Part shown: positions 14,199 through 28,244 of the stretch, in pieces
How the letters are laid out: every line of letters begins with the position of its first letter
Position numbering within the stretch: the first letter of the stretch is position 1
Made by a program: the position numbers and the translations under genes
The notes under the pieces: model-generated
Database searches by the model: none
The model's input: the letters and a program-made list of their open reading frames with translations, nothing else
What the model was told of the DNA's origin: nothing
From: Octopus vulgaris
Lineage: Eukaryota
Assembly (NCBI GenBank): GCA_951406725.2
Contig: OX597815.1
Span: 145,142,001 to 145,206,000 of the forward strand
Reading direction: 5' to 3'
DNA: 64,000 bases

Positions 14199-15158
14199 TA
14201 TATATATATATATGTTACATACATACATATTTAATAGAAGACATTTGCCCAAGGTGCTGCACAGTGAGACTGAAGTGATCTTCTTTACCGCACAGCAATC
14301 CCTGCGTCTATTTAGTTTTATCTCTTTACGCTCGGATTTTGAATACCACAAAAGTCAACTTTTCTTTTTAACCTCTCGGAGTCGGAGTATAAAATTAAGA
14401 ACCAGCGAAGTATTAAAGTAAATGTAATCAATTATAGCCCCACTCCTCGAATTTTGCGGCTACATTTCATCCATATTAGTAAAATCCTTTCTGCTATACA
14501 CACAAAACCTAAAGTAAAAGAAAGGGGGTAGAAAGTCGATTACATCGACCCCAGTGCGCCACTGGCACTATTTTATCGACCCCGAAAGGATAAAAAGTAA
14601 GCAGATCTTGGTGGAATTTGAACTCTAAACGTAATGACAGACGAAATGTCGATCAGCGTTTTTGTCCGGTGTGCAAGCGATTCTGCCAGATCACCACTTT
14701 ATTCTGTGAGTAATCAATACTTAATATAATTATTTTGATTACATAATTTAGTGCCATTACTCAATAATTAATGCTACCGAAATATGGAAAATATACAGAA
14801 TTTATGGCATTAGATAATATTGATTGAATATTTTACTTTCTAGGAATGGTTTTCTTCTTGCCAATAACAAAAGCTTGTAAAAAGTCAAATCGAAGGATCA
14901 ATATTTAGTGTGACTAACTGGTCTTTTTCATTATACACTTAGCTAATTACCTAGACTTAACCAATTTATTGATATTGCTTGTAGCAGGGCAATTAGTTTA
15001 ATTATTCCTTGACTTTATTTATTTTGTCGTTAAGAGAAGCGGAAACTTGACGAAAATTAGGTAAATATAACCTTCCCAAAACCAGAAAAAAAAAAAAAAA
15101 AAATTCAAAGAAAACAAACCGTGGTCTTTGTTAAAAAATTGTAATATTTTGGACTGAA

Positions 15159-16000
15159 GAAGGCGGCGAGCTTGCAAAAACGTTAGCTCGCCGGACAAAA
15201 TGCTTAGCGGTATTTCGTCTGCCGCTACGTTCTGAGTTCAAATTCCGCCGAGGTCGACTTTGCCTTTCAGTCTTTCGGGGTCGATTAAATAAGACCATTT
15301 ACGCACTGGGATTCGATATAATCGACTTAATCCGTTTGTCTATCCTTGTTTGTCCCTTCTGTGTTTAGCCCCTTGTGGGTAGTAAAGAAATAGGTATTTC
15401 GTATGCCGCTACGTTCTGAGTTCAAATTCCGCCGAGGTCGATTTTGCCTTTCATCCTTTCGGGGTCGATAAATTAAGTACCAGTTACGTACTGCGGTCGA
15501 TGTAATCGACTTAATACCTTTGTCTGTCCTTGTTTGTCCTCTCTATGTTTAGTCCCTTGTGGGCAATAAAGATATAAGGAACGTTAGCATGGCGGGCAAA
15601 ATGCTTGGCAGTATTTCGTCTGTCTTTACGTTCTGAGTTCAAATTCCACGGAGATCGACTTTGCCATTCATCGTTTCGGGTCTGATAAATTAAGTACCAG
15701 TTGCGTACTGGAGTCGATCTAATCGACTGGTCCACTTCCGCAAAATTTCGGGCCTTGTGCCTAGAATAGAAAAGAATATTTTAAAAAGACGGAGAGCTGG
15801 CAGAAACGTTAGCACGCCGGGCGAAATGCTTAGCGATATTTAATCTGTCTTTACGTTCGGAGTTCAAACTCCACCGAGGTCGACTTTGCCTTTCATCCTT
15901 TCGGAGTCGATAAATTAAGTACTAGTTACGCACTGGGGTCAATGTAATCGCCTTAATCTATTTGTCTGTCCTTATTTGTCCCCTCTATGTTTATCCCCTT
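15159..16000 (+). mobile_element. Tandem cluster of SINE family B units
   Basis: Head aaggcggcgagc.tgca.aaacgttag. The ~185-bp unit atttcgtctg...gaggtcgactttgcc...ccccttgtggg recurs four times. Confidence 0.8.
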
Positions 16001-16624
16001 AGCTACTGAATTTACCATCTACCATCCTGCATGCGACACAATGAAGTGAAACAAGAATAACATTCTTGGTTATTAACACACGCACGCGCGCGCACACACA
16101 CGCGCGCGCACACACACGCGCGCGCACACACACGCACACATACAAGAAGCACTCAGAACTATTAATCAGGTGACCCCTAAATTTATGTACCCTCTTAAAT
16201 TATGAGTCCCATTAAATTATGTGAACACTTAACGTTCTTTGAAAATTACGCAAGTCAACGAGGGAGCCTCTACGTCTTTGCTTGATCTGCTAGAAATATA
16301 AGCTGAGTCTCTCTCAAATTATATCTTGCTACTGTCTTAGAGAAGGGCAAGCTGGATAAGAAGCCTTGAGTGCTATTTAAAAAGAAAAGAAAAAGATGCG
16401 ATGGCCACGACTAGGTTGCCTTTGATCGTAGACTTGCTTGATAACGGCTGACCTCGGACTAAATAACACCTATAACAATAATTGTTTGTGTATGTATTTG
16501 TATACATATGTGCATGTGCGTGAACATGTAAGGGCGTACATATATGTATGCGTGTGTGCGTCAGCATGCAACAGCAGAAAAGAACTTCTGAGATAAAGTT
16601 GCGTAACCAAGAGCTTTGTCTTAC

Positions 16625-17015
16625 CTCCGAGGGCCTTGATTACTTTAAGGGATGCTATCTGTAATTCAACCTGTTCATTGGTTTTAGTTTGTAATGAAGT
16701 AGGACAGGATGGGGAAGAGGGGGAAGGGGTCAAAGCAACAGAAGTGGAAGAAGGGGAACTTGGAGATGCCGGCCTCTTACTTGGCAAACATTCGGCAAAC
16801 ACCAAGAATATTTTACTATAAGGAAGATGTCGAAGACTGTCTTGTCCCTCGACAGCCAAAAATGGCCGCACTGCGAGACGAGTGTTGTCCAGCTGTTTAA
16901 CGAGGGTTTCCATTAATGTGGCGTAGATATTTTCACTCTCCTTCTTAAACATTATTACGCAAACTTCGTTACGCAGAGAAATTCCATGTTTGGGGGAAAA
17001 GTTCAAGACACCATT
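16625..17015 (-). CDS. Exon 4 of the uncharacterised protein (N-part of the alpha/beta domain)
   Basis: Acceptor ttttgtactttcag|AAT (phase 0) and donor GAG|gtaaga (phase 1). 391 nt, open, non-repetitive: NGVLNFSPKH...LKVIKALG. Confidence 0.9.
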
Positions 17016-17127
17016 CTGAAAGTACAAAACAAAATAAAGGGTCACCTAGTGCATTTATTATTATTTATTTATGTTGTTGTTGTTGCTTTAGTGGAAGACG
17101 GTCTGTAAAAAATATTACTTAGTGTGC

Positions 17128-17176
<49 letters not shown>

Positions 17177-17583
17177 CGTGCGTAAAATAAATACTATGTA
17201 TGTATTGATGTTGGCTAAACATGTGTAAATGATTAAATGGTCCCATAGATGTACTAATGTTGTTACTGTTGCGTATATACATGCATACATACATACATAT
17301 ATATATGCGTATATATATGCATATATATATATAAATATATATTTATATATGCATATATATATATATATATATATGCATATATATATATATATATATATAT
17401 ATGCATATATATATATATATATGCATAATATATGTGTCAATACATATGAGATTATATATTATATACGTATGTATATATATTTATTTTGCATAAGTTAAAA
17501 ACGGTGACGAGTAAAAATTTTGTAAACAGAATTATAAGGTTTTACCGAATAATGACTAATATATTTGTATGTATATTTATATG

Positions 17584-17642
<59 letters not shown>

Positions 17643-18137
17643 TTATATTATTGGCAGATATGCGTCTACATAATGAAATGCTTTAGACGTGATTTAAATT
17701 ATCAAAATACAATTTGATACTAGGTATCGAGTTTGATTTGATGGGAATTGCCTGTTATTTCTATTAAGTCGAGCACCTTATAAATACATTTACATCGTTT
17801 AAGCGACAACATGGCAAATAACTGATTAATTTGCTCAAGTGTATTCTGGTGTTGTTGCTATTGTTGTTGCTTAACCCTAGGTCTACCCTGATATGCAACA
17901 GATTTAGGATCAAAGTTGCTGTAGCAGTATTCTAGGGTTTCTAAAAATTCATGTGGCCTCCATTAAAATACCTTACGATAATGCTGTTCTCCCCATTTCT
18001 TTGTGACCAGTACTCAAATGCTTCATATATATATTCGATTATCAGGGATCTCTCTCTCTGTCTCTCTCTGTCTCTCCACACATTTTTATACATGTGTATA
18101 TGTGCAACGTATACACACTCACAAAGATGTATATATG

Positions 18138-18201
<64 letters not shown>

Positions 18202-18427
18202 TTCATACATACATACATACACACATACATACATACATACATACTTCGAAGTCACTGTTAATAATATTCTTATTTAAGAATTATACATTTGGACTCTTTA
18301 AAAGCATAGAATAATCCATCAGATTAATGTAAAATTGTTTTTATCACAACTGAACAGAAAAACAAACATTAACACACTCACATGCATATATACGTATATG
18401 CACATCTATATACATATGTATATATAT

Positions 18428-18515
<88 letters not shown>

Positions 18516-19216
18516 CCAAATTTATTTCAAGAATCATTACTACACATTCAAAATATATTATAAACACACCGGTTTTCACTTTTACCCTTCTGCTTCATTG
18601 ACCCAGTTGTCACCAAACCCATCACCATCACCACCACCATTACCAACAACAACAATAACTAGAATATCACCGCCACGACCACTACTACCAACATCAGCAA
18701 CAGCAATAACAAAAACAACAACGCTAGAACAGTTAATTACACAACTGCCCCAACAACAACAACAATGACAACAACAACGATAATATCGACAGCGAAACCA
18801 ACAATAGTAAACATAACATCAAGAAACAATTAGTGGCCTCGTTAATTAACAATATTTTGTGTTGTGTAATTATCATGTTTAATTACACAACATTTTGATT
18901 GACAGTTCCTCCTTGCAGCGTGGAATCTCTACGTGGTTGGTTTTAATCTCCTAAAAATAGCAGTCAAATGCCACTCCAATTACATCCTACGTTCTTAGCT
19001 GACGACATAAATAATGTAAAGACATTATGAATGAAAGAAGGAAATAAGATGGGTTGGAATACCTTTGATTATTTCTCTGGTCGATCAGGATAAGCCCAGG
19101 GTTAAACAAAAATATACATACATATGTACATTTACATACATACATGCATATATGCATGCATACATACATGCATACATGCATACATGCATGCATACATACA
19201 TACATACACACACACT

Positions 19217-19252
<36 letters not shown>

Positions 19253-19435
19253 CACACACATATATATACTTAATTCAATTTAATTTAATTCTATTCCACC
19301 ATAAATTTGCATGATTTTTATATCGCTGTACAAAACGATCCTCTGTATGAATTAAAATTCTCTTATATATTTTAACATCTCCATTTTTAACAAAATTGTT
19401 GTTTTATGGGATTTCTTTCAATAAATTCACAACAC

Positions 19436-19467
<32 letters not shown>

Positions 19468-19497
19468 TATATATATATCTGTGTGTGTGTGTGTGTG

Positions 19498-20785
19498 TAT
19501 GAGGTGGGTACCCAAAAGAAACAAGAATTTTGCATTATTATTTTATTCACTTAGTTTTACACGGTTACACTTTTATCGCCTTCAAAGTATTCTCCATTCG
19601 AACAATGAATCGGTCCAGATGCGTTTCCCACAATTCGAAGCAGTTCTGGAACGCTTGCAAAGTGATGCCTTTTAACGCTCCGTTGTTTTTTCTTCACCTC
19701 TTCCACATCTACAAAACGTTTTCCTTTAAGGACTTTTTCATTCGGAGGATCAAAAAAAAAAAAAGTTGCCGGGAGCAAGATCGTGTGAATAGGAAAGGCG
19801 GGTAAGCGGGGTCATGCCATTTTTGGTCAAGAACTGTCTCACAGTCAAAGTGGTGTGCGCAGGCGCATTGTCATGATGAAACCACCACTCTCCACTTTTC
19901 CACAGGACGGGGCGTTTTCATCTCATCGTGTCTCACAAACGCTTCAAAACTGACAAGTAAAATTGTGTGTGGACAATTCCTTTCGATGAAACAAATCAGC
20001 AGCATCTTGACATTGGATTTCACTTGACGCGATTTTTTAGGGCGTGTTGACATTGAATGCTTCTGTTGACTTGGTTGCTGCTTCGTTTCCGGGTCGTAGC
20101 CGTAACATAAGCTTTCGCCACAAGCGATGACCTTTGAAAAAAGGTTCAGATGAACTTTCAACTGTTCTTTCAGTTCATGACACGCATTCAGTAATTACTG
20201 CTTTTGATCTTCCGTGAGCAAGCGTGGCAGAAATTCTGCTGCAACTCTTTTTATTCGCAATTCCTCGCTCAAAATTCGTTGGCAGGAGATCCAGGACACA
20301 CCAGTCATATCAACGAATTTCGTCAATTGTTCGGTGACGGTCCTCCAAGATCAGTTCATGAATTTTCATGATGTTTTCATTCGTTCGGAAGGTCGGCTGT
20401 CGTCCTATACAAGATTGGTCTTCAAGCGATCAGTGACAATTCCTAAAGCGTGGAAACCACTCGTAATATTGTGTTTTGCTCATGGCAGCATCTTTGTAAG
20501 CTGTTTGAAGCATGACAACTGTTTCAGCTGCCGTTTTCTCCGGTAGAAAACAGAATTTTACGGAAACACGCAGTTCCTTCGTTTCAGCAATCGCAAAAAA
20601 TCGACGAACAGGGTAAAAGTACTGCAAAACAAAGACGCACCACGTGACAGTACGACATTAGACGACGACGCCGATCAGCAGACTGATGCCTGAGGGTCGC
20701 TTCAAGTGGCCTTTAGCGGTGGAAACCTGAACTACAACGGGCTTGTCCCACAGAACGTTTCCGGACACTTTTGGGTAAACTCACG
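19498..20785 (-). mobile_element. Full-length but pseudogenised mariner transposon
   Basis: Transposase motifs SVKFCFL..KTAAETVVMLQTAYKDAAMSKTQ, CYGYDPETKQQ, KVLKGKRFVDVEEVK and NGEYFEGD across frameshifts. Degenerate TIRs tacccaaaag / cttttgggta. Confidence 0.9.
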
Positions 20786-21569
20786 CGCACACTCACTCGT
20801 ACCCCCCTGCACGCTCACGCACACAAACGCTTAAAATCCTAGATATGCTAGAATTTCCTAAGAAAGAACAAAAGAAACTGACGCGCGTCCCCCAAATTCA
20901 GTCTTTCGGCTACACAGACAAAATCTGTAAGACATTCCAAAGATTCTGCACACCTGATATATTTTAAATAATATACACGGTCACACTTGGTTGTGCGAAT
21001 CTGTAAGACGTAATCACACAAACAGACAGACACAGACACACGCACACACACACGCATGCACACACGCGCACATACATACACATACATGTTCAATATGCTA
21101 TTTCATAAAAGACGACAGTATAAGATTTAAGAGCAATTCGACTGCTATTTCTAGCGCATCGTACGACCGCATAAAGGCTTCCTAGACGGTTTCTAACTGA
21201 TGCAGCTGAAACTGAAGACGCTTTGGTAAATTTGGCAAAAGACAGCAAAACAGAAAAAAATAATTACAAGACAAGAATTCCACGTCTTAACTGATTACGT
21301 GACAAAATACGAATTCTTTCGTTTAGTTGTCTTTGTGTATTTATTCCTTATTTCCCTCTGGTGTACACAGATATTTATTGTTCTGAATTCCAAGGAGATA
21401 TGTTCGTGTTTCTCAGTGTTTCGATACAATGTACAATGAAGTGTATCACGTGATCACGTGATCGACCAGACTATCGGATGTTGTTGTACATCGTTGTACA
21501 AATGCCGTTTGCATCGTTTTGGCTCACGAATTACGTCACCCGCCCACTGGCTTGGCGAGCAGGTCAATA

Positions 21570-21820
21570 TTTCCTCTGATCGGAAGGTTATTTCTTCTGA
21601 TCGGAAAGTTATTCCTTTGATCATAAGGTTATTTCCTCTAATCAGAAGGTTATTCCTCTGATCAGAAGGTTATTTCCTCTGATGAGAAGGTTATTCCTCT
21701 GATCAGAAGGTTATTCCTCTGATCGGAAGGTTAATTCTCCTGATCGGAAGGTTATTCCTCTGATCGGAAGATTATTTCCTCTGATCGGAAGATTATTTCC
21801 TCTGATGGGAAGGTTATTCC
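21570..21820. repeat. Minisatellite with a 20-21 bp unit (tattcctctgatcggaaggt), about 12 copies
   Basis: Direct inspection. It adjoins a minus-strand SINE family C copy (about 21820-21965). Confidence 0.9.
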
Positions 21821-22070
21821 GTCTCAGAGTTATTCATTTACAGCTGAGTGAACTGGAGCAATGTGAAATGACGTGTTCTGCTCAAGAACGCAACGAGCCG
21901 CCTGGTATGGAAACCGATCCCATGATCTAGCGATCGTGAGTGCAGCACCTCGACTACTGCACCACATATTGACGTACATAATACTAAGAAACATGGTGTC
22001 TTCCAAGATAACGGGGACTTATTCAGTTTATTCTGGCATAAATACAGAGCATGTCGTTTAGATAGATAGT

Positions 22071-22462
22071 TTCTTTTATTCTTTTATTTGTTTCAGTCAT
22101 TTGACTGCGGCCACACTGGAGCACCACCTTTTTTTAGTCGAGCAAATTGACCCCAGAACTTATTCTTTGTAAGCCTAGTACTTATTCTATCGGTGTCTTT
22201 TTGCCGAACCGCTAAGTTACGGGGACGTAAACGCTCCAGCTGTTGAGGGAACAAATACAGACACACACACACACACACACACACATATGTATACATACGA
22301 CTGACTTCTTTCAGTTTCCGTCTACAAAATCCACTCACAAGGCTTTGGTCGGCCCGAGAGGCTATAGCAGAAGACACTTGCCCAAGGTGCCATGCACTGG
22401 GACTGAACGCAGAACCATGTGGTTGGTAAACAAGCTACTTACCACACAGCCACTCCTGCGCC
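22071..22462 (-). mobile_element. SINE family A
   Basis: Reverse complement of the consensus head and tail. Confidence 0.85.
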
Positions 22463-22931
22463 TATCTCCCGATAGATAAATAGAGAGAGAGAGAGAGAGG
22501 GGGGAGAGGGAGATAGAGAGGGAAGAGAGAGAGAGAAAGAGAACGGCCAAACGGTATCAAAATTTATAGATCGGGTTAGGGTACATAATCAACAAATCAA
22601 AGATTCATCTCTTAGATGTGTTCCATGTGAATTTCTAGACTTTTGTGCAAGTGGAAAATTCACAATGTTCCCTTTAAAAACAAATAAAAGAAGAAAATGG
22701 TCAACTATGAAAGGCAAGAAAAGAATACTTCATAAGAATTCTGAGCCGATACTAAATCGGTTATAGTTAATACCTTTACCAAAGATTACCTTAAAACACA
22801 TGTGCTTGGAAAGCTGAAAATAGCGAAAAGCGTTCAACACAATACAAATACTTCTTTCTATAGGTTTTATCATTCTGTTTTCGAAGGATTTATTTTATAT
22901 AATTGATAAATTTTAATGTAAGAAAATCTTT

Positions 22932-22962
<31 letters not shown>

Positions 22963-24608
22963 AGCACACACACACACATTTTCACATTTACGTCACCCTC
23001 GTCTCTAACGCAAACCGAAACCAGTTCATCATTCATCTCAACATTTTTAACATTTTCAACATTATAAAACCCCTATTACTAACAAAACATTTTTCTTGAA
23101 ACCAAATAATAACAAAGATGGTAAAATTTGAAACTTAAGCCGTTTTCTGTCTTTCTGAAACCACGAAATAAAATAAATAGCGTAATGGAATATTTTTCCA
23201 GAAAATCCTTCATCTTTACATTTCAGTAAATAAAACAAAAATATTCATTTCCTTCAGAATGTGATCTGCCTAACCAGTTGTTAATTACTGATTCCCAATG
23301 TTTACAATTGATTGACAGTTCGATGATATATTTTCACATTCATTAAGTGCTGTAATTATTATCATTTGAAACACAAGACAACAAAAAATATTCTACGCCG
23401 TTGCGAGAAATAACAGACAGATTTCCCTCAAATCATACTCCCACCGTCTTAAAAAATGGGAAGGATACATTGCATAAAGTAGTTTTGGATGCAAAATGTC
23501 TAAATAGAAGATAGGACGGTCACGGCTGGAACACTCTTTATCATAGGTCTCCTCGATAAGGCTTGGTCCTACTGTCCTCTTGCTTTTAAATCTTTGCTTT
23601 TCATTGAAAATTATAGACCACTTTTCTGTGGTTTATTGGTTAGACGCTGTGGTCTGGGATTAAGGGTATTGGGCTCACAAACATAAGGTCGAGGGTTCGA
23701 TTTCTGGATCAAGCGACACGTTATATCTTGGAGCAAAGCACTTTATTTCACAATGCTCCACTCTACTTGGCTGAAAGGGAGTACCTGCCAGCCTAATGCT
23801 GGTATAGCCCCTTCTCTCACCCCCACCAAATGTCACATTCTTGATGTTCAACTAGGTGAATGGTAAGCGGGTTTATGTCTGCTTGTGATCTCACAGGCAC
23901 CTGAAACAATCTACGAAGGTATGGTACATACTACTAGTCCATACTTGGTTGCGAGTGATGGCTATGCTTTTTTTTTTACTTTATGTAACGTGTCCTTAAT
24001 TTTTTTGATAGTATGATGTAAGGTGAGTAAGATTTTTTCGTCCTTTTAGCAAGTTAGAGGCCACGTAAATGCTCTGACACGGGCTCTCTGCTATTCCGGG
24101 TTGGTGTCCGGCGTGCTGGAGGACCACTGGTAGCGAGTCATCCCTTAGCTTCCTTTAGCTTTTGTTAAAGCATGTCTCCCGAACCTTAATCAGAGGTGTC
24201 TGGGTCAGCGAAACTTCTGCAACGGTTGATAATTGACGGCAAGATGAGCTGTTACGGATCACACTAACTCAAAAGTGTATGCATGTGACCTGGGATTACA
24301 TGTGAACATGTATTCACACTGAAACTCAGAACATGACTCGTTGGTTGAAGCTGACTGAACCCACCCCGGGTGAATCCATAGCAAGTACAAGTTCGGACAT
24401 GTGCGTAAAGGTTCACAAATATATAATGAAATTGGACGATATGTGTCTTTGAACCAACGAAATAAAATTCCAGCCTGATGCGTCTAAAACTTGGCCTCAT
24501 TCATTGAGCCGAAGTTATTTCTCAAAACTGTCAATATTTTTGAGAAAGGCAATAACGCCACCACTCATCGCTAAAACTATCAAGACAGAATAGTCTTACC
24601 ATTTTCAA

Positions 24609-24763
24609 GGTGCAAGAGTGGCTGTGTGGTATGTAGCTTGCTTACCAGCCAAATGGTTCAGTTCCACTGCATGGAACCTTGGGCAACTGTCTTCTACTAT
24701 AGTCTCGGGCCGACCAAAGCCTTTTGTGTGGATTTGGTAGACGGAAACTGAAACAAGCCAGTC

Positions 24764-24840
<77 letters not shown>

Positions 24841-25028
24841 GTCTCCCCAACATCACTTGAGAACCGAAGCTAGTGTGTTTATGTCCCTGTAACATAATGG
24901 TTCCGCAAATAGACCCGAAAGAATAAGTACTAGGCTTGCAAAGAATAAGTCCTGGGGGGCGATTTATTCGACTAAAAGCGGTACTCCACCATGGTGGCAG
25001 TCAAATGCCTGAAACAAGTAAAAGAGCA
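24609..25028 (+). mobile_element. SINE family A
   Basis: Consensus head, internal (TA)n(TG)n and tail. Confidence 0.85.
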
Positions 25029-25952
25029 AAAGGAAAGGCGAATTGTAAATTCTATTTAACTGAACGCAATTATCTTCTCTGTCCGACATTGCTGCGATTG
25101 CAATGCTTCAAGCTAAATAATTTGAATGACGACTTAATTAATATTCCACACTGCATATGACAATAAATACCTTCTAGATACTTCTTTTCTTTCCTTAACT
25201 GTATTTCCTTTATCCAATTTTCTGAGCGAATTAAGAATATAAAAAAAAAAAAACGGACAAAAAGCCGGTGCAAATCTTTCACTTAAAATTTTGTGACGTC
25301 GTTCAAAGTCTCCATTTAGCCTAATACAAAGAATATCTTTGTTCTTCACTTCGAAATCTAAGTCCGTCGCCTCCACGGGACAAGTTGAAAGCATAGTTTT
25401 CGTTTTATTTTCTATTGTAAATGGATAAATTCTCTCATAACATAGATTTATAGTGTCACTATTTTACATACTTCTTTTCTTGCGACTTTGTATTTCCATT
25501 TATCTGAATACACAGTATTCGGATAGATAGAAATTCTAATTACAAATATGTGACGGTAAAAGTGCATACATCAATACTTTAATATCAAGAACTCAGACTC
25601 TTGAAACCATCTAATTAAATAGAACTTCATAATTATTGGGATAAAAGTACGATCAATGTCACGAGTATTTATTTATCGATTACTTGGTTATGAGATGCCA
25701 AAACTTCACTAAATGATAGTAAATATTTTCCTTCATTCTGTCGACTTACTGTAAACAAGTGATGAAAAGAAACATCTAATGTGGGTGTTGAAGCTTTCCG
25801 CGGCTACAAACTCTGTTCTGACTCCGCATGACACTGTAGTCTCTCATTTTGATTCTTTTTGTTTCATTGCAAATGTCGGCTGCGTGAAAACTAAAATGAT
25901 GCTAAGTAAAGTTTTATCTGCATTGTTTTTATGATTTGACATATTAAGACCC

Positions 25953-25991
25953 ACGATGTTGGGGATACAAACACACAGACACACACACACA

Positions 25992-26061
<70 letters not shown>

Positions 26062-26222
26062 ATGGGCTTCTTTCAATTTCCGTCTACCAAATCCACTCAC
26101 AAGGCTTTGGTCGGCCCGAGGCTATAGTAGAAGACACTTGCCCAAAGTGACACGCAGTGGGACTGAACCCGGAAACATGAGGTTATAAAGCAAGCTGCTT
26201 ACTACACACCCACTCGTGCGCC
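25953..26222 (-). mobile_element. SINE family A, partial (5' portion)
   Basis: Reverse-complement head ending cactcgtgcgcc. Confidence 0.8.
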
Positions 26223-26445
26223 TATAAACCACTCCTGAGCCTATGAGCCACTCCAGTATCCATTGTAAAAGTTGTAATTTCTCGAATCTCTATATATTTA
26301 GATATAATGTAGCCAGAGTTCCATTATTTAATGCGTCAGTCCTTGAAAATAGAAACAATATATTTCTAAATCTCTCAGAGAGATTTATGCAGTAGCAGCA
26401 CGATAAAATGATAGCATGTTGTCAACTTAATGTGACAGTCCCATG

Positions 26446-26660
26446 GAAGTGAAACATTCTACTGTTATTTAGCCCTAGGAAACACCGTTTCCTGTTGGAC
26501 TTGATACATTTCCTGTGTCCTTATGTTTTCAAAGTGGAGACAAGCTCCTCCACCCTGCCAAGCTAGCAACTAGAGACTAGTTTCAGGGTCATTGCTCATC
26601 ACCAGTCTGGAGTAGCATGGCTTACTAGCTGTCGGTGCCTATCCGCTTTTGAAAACATAT
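26446..26660 (-). mobile_element. Truncated, diverged fold-back/hammerhead element (relative of 48675-49008)
   Basis: Left arm ctactgt..tagccc.aggaa...ttga.aca...ctgtg.cc is homologous to the 48.7-kb arm. The residual IR atgttttcaaag / cttttgaaaacat surrounds an HHR variant at about 26570-26610 (CUGGUGA...GAAA CUAG UC). Confidence 0.6.
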
Positions 26661-27180
26661 ATGTATATATACATATACATTCACTGATTTTTTAAATAGA
26701 AATAATATATTTCTAAATCTCTCAGAGAGATTTATGCAGTAGCAGCACGATAAAGTGATAGTATGTTGTCAACATAATGTGACAGCCCCATTTTAGTCCT
26801 TTGATCGGAAGGCTACGATGTAATTTGTGGAAGATTTGGTTGTTTCTGTTAGAATGTCGGACGAACGGATGTTAAAATCGTCAACGTTCTTAATATATTT
26901 ATTACTTACTGACAACCAAGAAAAAAAATTCTCTTCAAGGATTAAAAAATGAGAAACGTGCGTTGTCTTCTTGAGCAAAACACTTCATCTCACGTCGATC
27001 TGCAATCACTTCGACATCTGATGCGTGGCACACCTGTGCATCTGTTCAGGTAATATCGATTTGATGAAGGAATTAAGCTAATGCACAGCACGAACATTGG
27101 ATCCTTATTAACAACTCATCTTCGCAGGTTGTTCAGCAAGAAGTAACGGAACCCTAATTTGTCGTTTATCACAAGGGAGT

Positions 27181-27285
<105 letters not shown>

Positions 27286-27880
27286 TTATATATACATACA
27301 AGGCTATAATGGGATAATAGAGAGCTCGAAAGAATACATAAATATTCACAATCAATGAACAGGTCAGTCCTTGCGAAGTTAAACAGATGTGTGACTGTTC
27401 CAAGAATTTTGTCAATCCATTTATGTATTAATGAGATAACTGGTGCATATTACACCATGTGAAGAAATAACAATAGACAGATCAGAAAATCACGGGTCCA
27501 TTCTTATTTCTTTATCATACATAGAAACATAGAGAAATTGATCGGCTAATTCGTACATTACAAGTGCAATCTGTGAGTGGAACACTAAAAATATGCAAGA
27601 CTTTTCTCAAGTTTCAAATGCGAATTTATATGTGTTAACTACATCCCAAAGATGGAGCCGTGTATCTTTGTTAGAAACCCGCTCTCTCCTCGGTGGAAGA
27701 TATATTATAATTAAAAATAAAAGATACATACATACATACATACATACATACATACATACATACATACATACTTAATTCGAAGAGTATAGATCCAATCCAT
27801 TACTAGAACTGTAAAAACAAAATATACAAATCTGCACATTTATATACTTATACATACATACATACATACATACATCATAC

Positions 27881-27938
<58 letters not shown>

Positions 27939-28193
27939 AAAAAAAACAGTCAAAAATTGTGAAGCATGACTGTCACCACTACTACATGAACCCGAAGATT
28001 GCAGAATTCAATGCATGAAAGTACTAGTTCAATCAGAATGAACATTTAACATTCTACTATTTAATTTTATTTTATTCAATTATAATATATTATCTTATAA
28101 TATATCATTATAAGATTGTAAATAAAACGTGAAAATCAGACAAGGTTGGAATTCCTTTTATTAATATATTCTTCTATACACAATCACACACAC

Positions 28194-28244
<51 letters not shown>

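Noticed and set aside
21570-21820. CRISPR-like appearance of the 20-21 bp repeat
   Set aside because: The units are contiguous with no unique spacers, the context is eukaryotic, and there are no cas genes.
25134-25394. Additional exon of the gene
   Set aside because: No clear splice sites, interrupted by a poly-T run, and exons 3 and 4 already join in phase.
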